Of a stretch of 64,000 nt of DNA, positions 26,567-34,833 are shown in pieces. Below the pieces are notes generated by a model. The model was not told where the DNA came from. It saw nothing but the letters and a program-made list of their open reading frames with translations, and ran no database searches. The position numbers and the translations under genes were made by a program. Source of the stretch: an uncultured Candidatus Saccharibacteria bacterium (GTDB taxonomy: Bacteria > Patescibacteriota > Saccharimonadia > Saccharimonadales > JALRHH01); assembly GCA_964559915.1 (NCBI GenBank), contig CAZLJP010000002.1:130423-194422 (forward strand), written 5' to 3'. Numbering within the stretch: the stretch's first letter is position 1; each line of letters begins with the position of its first letter.

Positions 26567-27025
26567 CTAAGAGATGTCAGTGATTTTATAAGCTGTAGTA
26601 TCGGCAGGAGTTTTGATTTCTACAGTATCGCCGACTGCTTTGCCTAGCAATGCCTGACCGATTGGTGATTCGTCAGAAATTTTGCCGCTGAGTGGATCGG
26701 CTTCAACGGTGCCTACAACCTGAAATTCTTTAGTCTTGCCGTCGCCCTTGAGCTTTACGGTTGAGCCTAAATGGACTTTGCTATCGCCTTTTGGTTTCTT
26801 GATAACTTCTACGTTATTGAGGATGTGTTCAACCTCTGAAATACGGGCTTCGAGCTTTTCTTGCTCTTGGCGTGCAGTTTGGTATTCAGCATTCTCTGAA
26901 AGATCACCAAACTCACGGGCGGTCTTAATTTTGTCGGCTACAACACTACGGTGGCCTATGAGCTCAGCAAGCTCTTTCTCTAGTTCATCAACACCAGTCT
27001 TGGTCAGATTAAATTTCTTGTTCAT
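26567..27025 (-). CDS. greA: transcription elongation factor GreA
   Basis: 152 aa with an N-terminal coiled coil carrying the acidic tip (REFGDLSENAEYQTARQEQ) and a C-terminal FKBP-like domain (VGDTVEIKTP). Confidence 0.92.
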   Translation of the reverse strand: MNKKFNLTKTGVDELEKELAELIGHRSVVADKIKTAREFGDLSENAEYQTARQEQEKLEARISEVEHILNNVEVIKKPKGDSKVHLGSTVKLKGDGKTKEFQVVGTVEADPLSGKISDESPIGQALLGKAVGDTVEIKTPADTTAYKITDIS

Positions 27026-27108
27026 ATATACTCCCCTACGTCCTTTGGTATTTAAGGACTTACTCTCTGTTTCAAATTCATAGTCATTTTATAGCAAGTT
27101 GCTTGTGC

Positions 27109-28359
27109 CTACAACAGTGTTCTGTGTAATTCGTCCTGACTCAGCATTTGTGCCTCATCGGCTGTTCGTGCTTTCAGCTCATACTTGCCGCTTACTACCG
27201 TCTTGTCACTCACCACGAGCCTGTATGGGATACCGAGCAAGTCAGCATCTGCAAACTTCTCCCCTGGACGAATATCACGGTCATCATATAGTACCGTAAT
27301 ACCTGCCTCAGTCAAGCTATCATAGAGCTTGTCGGCAGCGGATACCGTATCTGGCGTATTACCCAGCAGCGCTAGATAGACTTTGAATGGCGCAATGTTT
27401 TCTGGCCAGACGAGGCCCTTATCATCAGAAAAGTGTTCGGCAATCATGCCGATAAGACGGCTCACACCGATACCATAGCAGCCCGCAATTATTGATTGCT
27501 GCTCGCCATTCTCATCAGTGTAATACACGCCAAGTGCATCAGTATATTTAGACTCTAGCGGAAAGATATTACCCACTTCTACCGCACGCTTTTCAACGAG
27601 GTCTTCCTTTTTCAGATTCATTTTCTTCAGGTTTTCGTCTGTGTAGACCTCTTTGTTAACAGCGAGCCGTTTAGCCTCATCAACATATATCGTATCTTCG
27701 CCAACGTCACTCAAAGTCTGATACTCGTGGCTAAACTGTGAGGTAAAAATACCGCCATCAGCATAGGTTCTGTAGGTAAAATCACCAAGACCCAGTCGGT
27801 CAAAGACCTTGGTGTAGGCTATTGCAATCTGCTCATAGATTTCCTGATGTTCTGCTTGATTACGGGCAAAACTATACATATCCTTCATGAGAAATTCACG
27901 ACCACGTAGCAAGCCGCTTTTAGCACGCAGTTCGTTGCGGAATTTAGTTTGAATCTGATAGACAGACATTGGTAGGTCTTTATAGGAATTGATAAAGTCG
28001 CTGATGGCATCCACAATTGGCTCTTCGTGAGTAAGCCCCATCCCGAGTTCAGTACCATTAGCTAATTTAGTCTTGAACCAATTATCAACCTTGGCATCAT
28101 CCCAACGGTCTGTTTTCTCAAATATCTCTTTAGGCTGCAAAGTTGTCATCTGTAGTTCTTGGCCACCGACTGCATTCATTTCTTCACGGATAATATGAGA
28201 AATATTATCAAGTACACGTTTGCCAAGCGGCAAAAATGCATAAACGCCAGACATTTCCTTGTGAATAAAACCAGCTCGAATCAAAAGCTGGGCATTTCTA
28301 GCCGTTTCATCAGCTGGCGCTTCTTTACGTGTTTTGGTGAATAATTGTGTTCGTCTCAT
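27109..28359 (-). CDS. proS: proline--tRNA ligase, bacterial type without INS editing domain
   Basis: 416 aa. The bacterial ProRS N-terminus (MRRTQLFTKTRKEAPADETARNAQLLIRAGFI) and class II motifs (FRNELRAKSGLLRGREFLMKD; GCYGIGVSRLI) are present. Only about 60 residues lie between motifs 2 and 3, where the ~180-aa INS domain normally sits. Confidence 0.88.
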   Translation of the reverse strand: MRRTQLFTKTRKEAPADETARNAQLLIRAGFIHKEMSGVYAFLPLGKRVLDNISHIIREEMNAVGGQELQMTTLQPKEIFEKTDRWDDAKVDNWFKTKLANGTELGMGLTHEEPIVDAISDFINSYKDLPMSVYQIQTKFRNELRAKSGLLRGREFLMKDMYSFARNQAEHQEIYEQIAIAYTKVFDRLGLGDFTYRTYADGGIFTSQFSHEYQTLSDVGEDTIYVDEAKRLAVNKEVYTDENLKKMNLKKEDLVEKRAVEVGNIFPLESKYTDALGVYYTDENGEQQSIIAGCYGIGVSRLIGMIAEHFSDDKGLVWPENIAPFKVYLALLGNTPDTVSAADKLYDSLTEAGITVLYDDRDIRPGEKFADADLLGIPYRLVVSDKTVVSGKYELKARTADEAQMLSQDELHRTLL

Positions 28360-28375
28360 CTGGACCTTATTCTAG

Positions 28376-28497
28376 CAAGGTTCATATTCGAGTACTAGGT
28401 GTAATTTATCTCTGAGAAACGAAGCAAGCTATACATACTCGTACAGTGCGCGAGTATCGCAAGAGAAAATTGCGCATAGTGCCGAATATGAGCCTTG
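28376..28497 (-). promoter_or_regulatory. 122-nt multi-hairpin element closed by a 15-bp helix, upstream of proS
   Basis: CAAGGTTCATATTCG (28376-28390) pairs with CGAATATGAGCCTTG (28483-28497) at 14 of 15 positions. Inner hairpins are ATACTCG/CGAGTAT (28435-28457) and, on the minus strand, CGCAA/TTGCG. The element fills almost the entire CPBP-proS spacer. Confidence 0.4.
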
Positions 28498-29322
28498 TTA
28501 TGTGACCTTAAAGATAAAGAGGGCCAGAAACGCTATGCCATTCTTTATAAAGTGCAATCCAATGCCAGGCCAGAGACTGCCCGTACGATAGCGCAGATAG
28601 ACTAATACCATAGACAGTACAAAAGTATCCGCTGCTGCTGTCCACAGTAGCGGCTTACCACTACCCCACTGCAGATGTGCCGAAGCAAACACCAAGCTCG
28701 TTACCAACGCCGCGGGCAATAATGCCATGCGTGCTTTTAGCCCGGTGAACAGAAAGCCTCGTACAAGTATCTCTTCGACTAATGGCGGCAAGATGACTAA
28801 TGCCAAAAAGACATAGACCAGGTTTATACCACCAGTGCTAGCGCTAAACCCCAGCTCCTGCGTCTGATTGGTGTCAATCTGTGGCAAAAAAGTTTTTATC
28901 AGACTATACACAATCAATATATATGTCACAAAATAGACACCAAAGCCTGCCACAGCGTAGAGAGCGTCCTTGGGCTTAGGGCGAATCCAGCCAATCGAAC
29001 GCCACGATGTTTTGCGACGTCGCATAAACCAATACAAGATGGCTATACTCACTGCTTCTACAATTAGGATAAAGAAGAACTGGAAACCAGCCGATGTATC
29101 CAGCTTCTGTGTTAATTCAGCAGAGCTCATGCCAGCAAGACTGCCCGCCAGCCCAATACCAAAACCGGCGATAATTTGGCTGACAAAGTATATGAATAAG
29201 GTAATCGCTATTGCTTCTAGCGGGGTCCAGTTGACTGCTTTGCTAACTTTTTTACGCCGTTCAAAATAGTGCACGAATCCATAGAAACCCAGTGCCCCGA
29301 GGATTATTAGCACAATGTTCAT
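28498..29322 (-). CDS. CPBP family intramembrane glutamic endopeptidase (CAAX-protease-like)
   Basis: 274 aa, polytopic. Family motifs are EEILVRGFLF, FASAHL and GLHFIKNG. Confidence 0.8.
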   Translation of the reverse strand: MNIVLIILGALGFYGFVHYFERRKKVSKAVNWTPLEAIAITLFIYFVSQIIAGFGIGLAGSLAGMSSAELTQKLDTSAGFQFFFILIVEAVSIAILYWFMRRRKTSWRSIGWIRPKPKDALYAVAGFGVYFVTYILIVYSLIKTFLPQIDTNQTQELGFSASTGGINLVYVFLALVILPPLVEEILVRGFLFTGLKARMALLPAALVTSLVFASAHLQWGSGKPLLWTAAADTFVLSMVLVYLRYRTGSLWPGIGLHFIKNGIAFLALFIFKVT

Positions 29323-30450
29323 TTAGAAAAACCGCTTTACATCAACAATGGTTATCAGCACAAAGAGCAACATCAACAACGCAAAGCCGCTGCCGTGGAT
29401 AGTGTCTTCCGTATTCTTAGTCAGCGGCTTTTTGATAGCTCTAAATAGCAATGTAACAAACAGTCTGCCGCCGTCTAGCGCTGGTATTGGCAAGACATTC
29501 ATAATCGCCAACGACAAAGATATGACTGCAATAATCATCAGCACAAACTGAATGCCCAAATCACTGCCCTGCTGCAAAATAACATAGACACCAACCGGGC
29601 CAGATACCTGTTCTGAAGCCTTTTTGGTATCGCCCTTAAACAGGTTAAACAGCGCTGTGCCGAGGCCCTTAAAGGTCAGTTCCGTAAACTGCTTAATAAG
29701 ACCACCCGCCACGACTGGCGCCGACCAAGTATAGCGGCTTACTTCATATTGGCCCGGAGCAACACCTAGGTAGCCTTTTGGTTCTGAGGTATTTTTACTG
29801 GCCTCGACTTCTGCGGCTGTGCGTAGCTGCACATTGGTGCGCTGCAGCTCGCCGTTACGACGGTATTGTAGTTCGACTGTCTGGCCAGCATATTGCTTGG
29901 TAGTATCGGGAAATTGTTCAAGCACTTTAGTTGTATGTTGCGGTCCATCCACGGGCCCTATACTTGCCAAAATATCATGTGACTGCAGACCCGCCTTGGC
30001 AGCCGGAGAATCAGGCTCGATATACCCCGCAAACAAATCCTGGCGGATAAGCGTCTCGTTACTCTGTACCGTAAACTGATTGTCTATCAGCTTAGGCATG
30101 CCAATCAGCGCCAATAATATCAACATCAGATAGGCCACCAGCAGATTCATACCAACACCGGCTGTCATAATCTTAATTTTTGTACTCAGTGGCGCGGCAC
30201 CATAGCTGCCGGGTGTTGTATCGGCATCATGTTCACCCTTTAATCGGACAAAGCCGCCAAGCGGGAGCCAGTTCAGTGTGTACTCGGTTCCGTTTTTGCG
30301 AGCTAGTGTTTTGGCCTTAGGGGGAAAGCCAACACCAAACTCTTCTACATCAACACCGCCACGCCTCGCCATAATAAAATGCCCCCACTCGTGCACCACC
30401 ACCAGGCCAACAAACAACACCAACCCCAAAATCAATAAGAGTATACTCAT
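29323..30450 (-). CDS. rseP: RIP metalloprotease RseP (site-2 protease, M50)
   Basis: 375 aa with HEWGHFIMA (HEXXH in TM1), a central PDZ-like segment and NVLPIPALDGG (LDG motif). Confidence 0.88.
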   Translation of the reverse strand: MSILLLILGLVLFVGLVVVHEWGHFIMARRGGVDVEEFGVGFPPKAKTLARKNGTEYTLNWLPLGGFVRLKGEHDADTTPGSYGAAPLSTKIKIMTAGVGMNLLVAYLMLILLALIGMPKLIDNQFTVQSNETLIRQDLFAGYIEPDSPAAKAGLQSHDILASIGPVDGPQHTTKVLEQFPDTTKQYAGQTVELQYRRNGELQRTNVQLRTAAEVEASKNTSEPKGYLGVAPGQYEVSRYTWSAPVVAGGLIKQFTELTFKGLGTALFNLFKGDTKKASEQVSGPVGVYVILQQGSDLGIQFVLMIIAVISLSLAIMNVLPIPALDGGRLFVTLLFRAIKKPLTKNTEDTIHGSGFALLMLLFVLITIVDVKRFF

Positions 30451-30523
30451 TTACTTAAGTATACCATTCGGTTACGATGTTGTGCTCGTAAAACATAAGC
30501 AAGCTTCTGTTTTAGGGCAATGA

Positions 30524-31219
30524 TTATTTACCAAAGCGGCGTTTGCGGCTGGTATATTCGATGAGTGCTTTGTCGAGCTCTGATTCATCAAAGTCAGGCC
30601 ACATAATCTCCGTAAAATATAGTTCTGCATAGTCAGAGCGAAAGAGCATGTAACCACTTGTCCTTTGCTCTCCCGATGTACGAATCAACAAATCAACGCC
30701 CGGCACCTCTGGATGATAGAGTACCTTTTCGAGCATCTCAGAAGTTACATCCTTGGCAGCAACGCCTGTTGTAACCAATTGTTTTACCGCATCTACAAGC
30801 TCTGGTTTACCACCGTAGTTTACACAGATAGCCAGCGTGCCACGAGTATTATCTCTGGTTTTGAGCTCTGTTTTTTCTAAAGCTTTGTGCACATCATTGG
30901 GCAGTTCATCTAAGCGGCCCAACATTACAATCCGAACCCCTGCTTTATGAAACGTATCAAGATGCTTTTCTACAGCCTTGATAAACAGACGCATAAGGTA
31001 GCCTACTTCCTCCTCGGTACGCTGCCAATTCTCGGTAGAAAACGCGTAGGCGCTGACGTATTCAATACCCCTGTCAAAAGCCGCTAGGGCAACTTCCCTA
31101 AACGCCTCTGCCCCCTGGCGATGCCCTTCAAGCGTAGGTACACCATTCTGCTCAGCCCAACGACGATTACCATCTAGAATCAACCCCAGATGTCGCGGAA
31201 CAGTAGTATCTTTACCCAT
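30524..31219 (-). CDS. uppS: isoprenyl transferase (undecaprenyl-diphosphate synthase)
   Basis: 231 aa. HLGLILDGNRRWA, FSTENWQR and RTSGEQRTSGYMLF are cis-prenyltransferase signatures. Confidence 0.92.
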   Translation of the reverse strand: MGKDTTVPRHLGLILDGNRRWAEQNGVPTLEGHRQGAEAFREVALAAFDRGIEYVSAYAFSTENWQRTEEEVGYLMRLFIKAVEKHLDTFHKAGVRIVMLGRLDELPNDVHKALEKTELKTRDNTRGTLAICVNYGGKPELVDAVKQLVTTGVAAKDVTSEMLEKVLYHPEVPGVDLLIRTSGEQRTSGYMLFRSDYAELYFTEIMWPDFDESELDKALIEYTSRKRRFGK

Positions 31220-31221
31220 AT

Positions 31222-31785
31222 TTAAACTGTGAGAATCTCTGCTTCTTTGGTCTTGGCAGCTGCTTCGGCCTTCGTCTTATATTGAGCCATGTTATCGTCA
31301 GTCTGTTTTTGAAGCCGCTTAGCCTCATCTTCGCCAATTTCCTTAGCCTTTTTACCTGCATCGACAGCATCCATTGCCTCACGGCGAATATTGCGCAGCG
31401 CAACCATACAGTCTTCGAGCTTGCCACCCACTACCCTTACGTATTCACGACGACGCTCTTCATTAAGCGGTGGGATTGGCACACGCACTACGCGGCCGTC
31501 ATCTGATGGGTTGAGACCCAGTGATGGATTATCACGAATAGCGCTGGTAATAGCCTGGATATTAGTTGGGTCAAAAGGAGTAATCTGCAGTAGCTGCCCT
31601 TCCGGTGCAGATACATTGCCCACCTGGTTGAGTGGCATTTCTACGCCATAGGCAGACACCACAATGCTATCAAGCATGCTCGGATGGGCACGACCTGTGC
31701 GCACCTTTTTGAGGTCTTCTTCAAAATGGCTGATTGCGGCCTGGAATTTACTATCTGCGTCGTTTACTGCCTGTACGGGGTTCAT
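31222..31785 (-). CDS. frr: ribosome recycling factor
   Basis: 187 aa with the typical Frr pattern (LKKVRTGRAHPSMLDSIVV, IPIPPLNEERRRE). Confidence 0.93.
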   Translation of the reverse strand: MNPVQAVNDADSKFQAAISHFEEDLKKVRTGRAHPSMLDSIVVSAYGVEMPLNQVGNVSAPEGQLLQITPFDPTNIQAITSAIRDNPSLGLNPSDDGRVVRVPIPPLNEERRREYVRVVGGKLEDCMVALRNIRREAMDAVDAGKKAKEIGEDEAKRLQKQTDDNMAQYKTKAEAAAKTKEAEILTV

Positions 31786-31851
31786 GGTACTCCTTAATCT
31801 ATTACATAATAGTATAGCAAGTCTTGGTGGCTATAACATAGCATTCCACCC

Positions 31852-31880
31852 TTGTCATTTTGTACTATTTGTGCTATTGT
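31852..31880 (+). promoter_or_regulatory. sigma-70-like promoter (extended -10) for the PL7 gene
   Basis: TTGTCA (31852-31857), a 17-nt spacer, then TGC-TATTGT (-10 at 31875-31880, preceded by TG). It lies 27 nt upstream of the ATG at 31907. Confidence 0.4.
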
Positions 31881-31906
31881 TTAACCAATCTAAACGAAAA
31901 ACAAAA

Positions 31907-34159
31907 ATGGCAACAAATCAAACAGAACAAGATCAAAACCTCTCAGAAAACCAAGTACTAGACGAAATTATTGGGCAAAAGCACGGTGGCGCCTACCATA
32001 ACAGTTACGATACCTATGGCTACGAAGGCCAGAGTCTTTTCCAGCGCTATATTTCTGCCCTGGGGTCGCGACAGCCTGTGGCAATTGCAATCACCCTCGT
32101 ACCCGTTGCAGTCATTATATTAAGCCTAGCGTTAGCGAGTGGTGGCAAACGCTCCAACACAGAAGAAACTCCAACCGACACGCCACTTTCTAGTGCAGCA
32201 TCAACTGACAGCAGTGATTTTACCCAAATCACACGAATAAATGATGGTTTTGGTAATACAGAAAGTAGCTCAGACACCACCAGCAGCTCTGGTAGCACTA
32301 CAACCGAGACTACACTCATCAACACCCCGTCGACGAGTACATCTGGTAGTTCGACACCGACGAGTACGTCCACTACACCCACAAGTACTCCAACAACGAA
32401 TACAAACCAGAATACATCTTCTAATCCTCCTCAAAACACCGTTACCGTCCCCCCTATTAAAGATGTAATTCCGAATGTGCCAGCCATCCCAATTATCAAG
32501 CAACTGAAGCTCGGTAAACTATGTAGTATTACTGGTGCCGGGCTCAATGAAGCCAGCGGACTCGCCTCAAGCATGAAGCACCCCGGAGTGGTATATACGC
32601 ACAATGATGAAGCCGGAGATGTTCTTGCGGTCCGAACCAGTGATTGTAAGGTTGTTGCCAGAATCACCATCAGTAAATTCCGCGGTGGCAAGCTTGCCGA
32701 CCCAGAAGCTATCAGTATCGACCACAAGACCGGCAAGGTATGGCTTGGCGATATCGGCAACGGACACCCAGGCCAAACAAAGGCTATGACCGATAAAGAC
32801 CTGGCTCTTAAAGACCCTGGTGCTGCTGCTCGAATCATTACCTTTGACGAACCCAGCAAGCTAAGTGGAAAAATTAAGGCCCCTAACGAGAAGAGCTACG
32901 ACATTACCTACCAAGGCGGCATGCAGAACTCTGAAGCACTACTTGTTAACCCAAAGACCGGCCAAGGCTATCTTATTAACAAGCAGCCCACCAGCACCGT
33001 TTACAAGCTTCCTAACCCGCTCAAGGCTGGCGAGGCAAAGAATACTAACGTAAAGATTTCTGGCTACGTCACTGACGCAACCTTTACGAGCGACGGTAAA
33101 TATATATTGGTACGCTACAGGACCGAGAAAGACCCTGCGCCTAAAATCGTCTATGTCTATGACGCTAACTGGAAACAAGTTGGCAAGATTACAGTTCCCA
33201 AAGTAAAACAAGGCGAATCAATAACAGCCGACACAGAGCGTGCCTCGTTTGTAATCGGCAGTGAGGGCGAAAACTCACCACTGGTTCGTATTGCACTTCC
33301 TTCTAAGTTTGGCGGCGGACAACTGGCTACGGCAGTAAAAGATGTATGTAAGAACATGGCTGGTACTCAAACCTCAGTGCCATCAGGATATACACAGAAT
33401 AGTGCCGGTAGCTGCGTAAAGAAGGCTACTACTTCAACACCAGGAGCACCCGCTACTACTACTGTTGGTGCAGTTAACCTAAAGAATTGGAAACTCACCT
33501 TGCCTGTCGGTAAGTCAGGTGACCCAACAGAGATTAAAAATACAAACTTGGCAACCTACAAAAACGCGCCGTGGTACAGCAGACTCAGCGATGGTCAAAC
33601 CATCTTCTATGTTGATTCTAAACGAGCTACTGCGACTACTTCTAACTCCGACAACCCTCGCAGTGAGCTACGTGAGATGAGCGGCAGCAAAGAAGCATCA
33701 TGGAGCTCAACCAGCGGCACACACCAGCTACTCACCAGACTGAAGGTTACTCAGCTGCAAGGTACGAGTGCGGGTGGTAAAACATTCGGCGTTGTAATTT
33801 CACAGATTCATGATGCCAATGACGACGTAACCGTGTTTAGGCTTGAGGGCAAGAAACTATGGGTTACCAAGGGAGACGAGCCCCACGGTTATCTAGTGGA
33901 TGGCAACGTCAAGATTGGCCAGATTATTACTGTGGGCTTCAAAGTAGAAAAGGGAGTAACCCGTTACTACTACAGCAACACTGGCTCAATGAGTCCATCA
34001 TTAATTAGCTATTCCCTAAAACAGAGTTACAGTGGTGGCTATTTCAAGGCGGGTAACTACTGTCAGTGTGGTGGTGGCCGCACTGGCAAGACCAAGATAG
34101 TGATTAGCGGTCTGGGCGTTACGCATAATGGCAAACTACCAGATATTGGCGGCAACTAG
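31907..34159 (+). CDS. membrane-anchored surface protein: Ser/Thr-rich linker, beta-propeller-like middle domain, C-terminal polysaccharide lyase family 7 (alginate-lyase-like) domain
   Basis: Start trimmed to ATG 31907 (MATNQTEQ...), because the track start at 31664 overlaps frr. It has a TM segment (VAIAITLVPVAVIILSLALA) and an S/T/P linker (TTSSSGSTTTETT...TPTSTSTTPTSTPTT). The C-terminal ~230 aa carry PL7 signatures NPRSELRE, VISQIHD and GGYFKAGNYCQ. Confidence 0.7.
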   Translation: MATNQTEQDQNLSENQVLDEIIGQKHGGAYHNSYDTYGYEGQSLFQRYISALGSRQPVAIAITLVPVAVIILSLALASGGKRSNTEETPTDTPLSSAASTDSSDFTQITRINDGFGNTESSSDTTSSSGSTTTETTLINTPSTSTSGSSTPTSTSTTPTSTPTTNTNQNTSSNPPQNTVTVPPIKDVIPNVPAIPIIKQLKLGKLCSITGAGLNEASGLASSMKHPGVVYTHNDEAGDVLAVRTSDCKVVARITISKFRGGKLADPEAISIDHKTGKVWLGDIGNGHPGQTKAMTDKDLALKDPGAAARIITFDEPSKLSGKIKAPNEKSYDITYQGGMQNSEALLVNPKTGQGYLINKQPTSTVYKLPNPLKAGEAKNTNVKISGYVTDATFTSDGKYILVRYRTEKDPAPKIVYVYDANWKQVGKITVPKVKQGESITADTERASFVIGSEGENSPLVRIALPSKFGGGQLATAVKDVCKNMAGTQTSVPSGYTQNSAGSCVKKATTSTPGAPATTTVGAVNLKNWKLTLPVGKSGDPTEIKNTNLATYKNAPWYSRLSDGQTIFYVDSKRATATTSNSDNPRSELREMSGSKEASWSSTSGTHQLLTRLKVTQLQGTSAGGKTFGVVISQIHDANDDVTVFRLEGKKLWVTKGDEPHGYLVDGNVKIGQIITVGFKVEKGVTRYYYSNTGSMSPSLISYSLKQSYSGGYFKAGNYCQCGGGRTGKTKIVISGLGVTHNGKLPDIGGN

Positions 34160-34179
34160 CCTACTCTTCTAGCTACATT

Positions 34180-34207
34180 AAAATAGCCCCGTAATCGGGG
34201 CTATTTT
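34180..34207. terminator. bidirectional intrinsic terminator between the convergent PL7 gene and tsf
   Basis: Perfect 12-bp stem AAAATAGCCCCG / CGGGGCTATTTT with loop TAAT. The A-run and T-run are built into the arms. Confidence 0.8.
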
Positions 34208-34233
34208 AATTATCGGGGCTGGAGGGGTTGCCT

Positions 34234-34833
34234 TTAGGCGACTTCACCCAACGCGATACGGTTGAAACGACGTACTACGACATTTTCGTTCATCAATGCA
34301 GCTTGCTGTTTTACATAATCGGCCACAGTCTGGTCTGGATTCTTGATATATGGCTGGTCAAGCAGACAAAGCTCTGCAAAATATTTCTTGAGCTGCCCTT
34401 CTACAATCTTGTCAGCCATATCTGCTGGCTTGCCTTTGAGTGCATCACCGGCAAGCAATTCCTGCTTTTTTGCCTCACGAACATCCGCAGGAATATCGTC
34501 AGATGAAACGTAGGCCGGTGCTGATGCAGCAATATGCATTGCAACATCCTTTACTAGCCCGCCAAAGATTTCGCCACGAGCCACAAAGTCGGTCTCGCAG
34601 TTAACCTCTACCAATACGCCAATGCGACCGTCGTGATTGTAGGTGCCGATTACGCCTTCGCGTACTTCGCGTTCACCACGCTTTTCGGCCTTGGTAAGTC
34701 CCTTTTTACGCATAGCTTCTAGCGCCTTGTCGAAGTCGCCTTCAGCCTCTACTAGCGCAGCCTTAGCATCAGTGATACCAACACCCGTTAACTCGCGTAA
34801 TCGCTTAATTTCTTCAATACTTATCTCTGCCAT
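34234..34833 (-). CDS. tsf: translation elongation factor Ts (short form)
   Basis: 199 aa with the N-terminal UBA-like IKRLRELTGVGITDAKAALVEAEGDFDKALEAMRKKG. Its start overlaps the rpsB stop by 1 nt. Confidence 0.9.
   Translation of the reverse strand: MAEISIEEIKRLRELTGVGITDAKAALVEAEGDFDKALEAMRKKGLTKAEKRGEREVREGVIGTYNHDGRIGVLVEVNCETDFVARGEIFGGLVKDVAMHIAASAPAYVSSDDIPADVREAKKQELLAGDALKGKPADMADKIVEGQLKKYFAELCLLDQPYIKNPDQTVADYVKQQAALMNENVVVRRFNRIALGEVA

Noticed and set aside
31664-31906. 81-codon N-terminal extension of the PL7 ORF as listed in the track
   Set aside because: It overlaps the 5' part of frr on the opposite strand. A promoter-like element at 31852-31880 and the ATG at 31907 give a sensible N-terminus followed by a TM anchor.
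32190-32450. Repetitive ACC/AGC/ACA-rich DNA, considered as a tandem repeat or CRISPR-like array
   Set aside because: It is the coding sequence of a Ser/Thr/Pro low-complexity linker. It has no fixed period and no repeat-spacer organisation.
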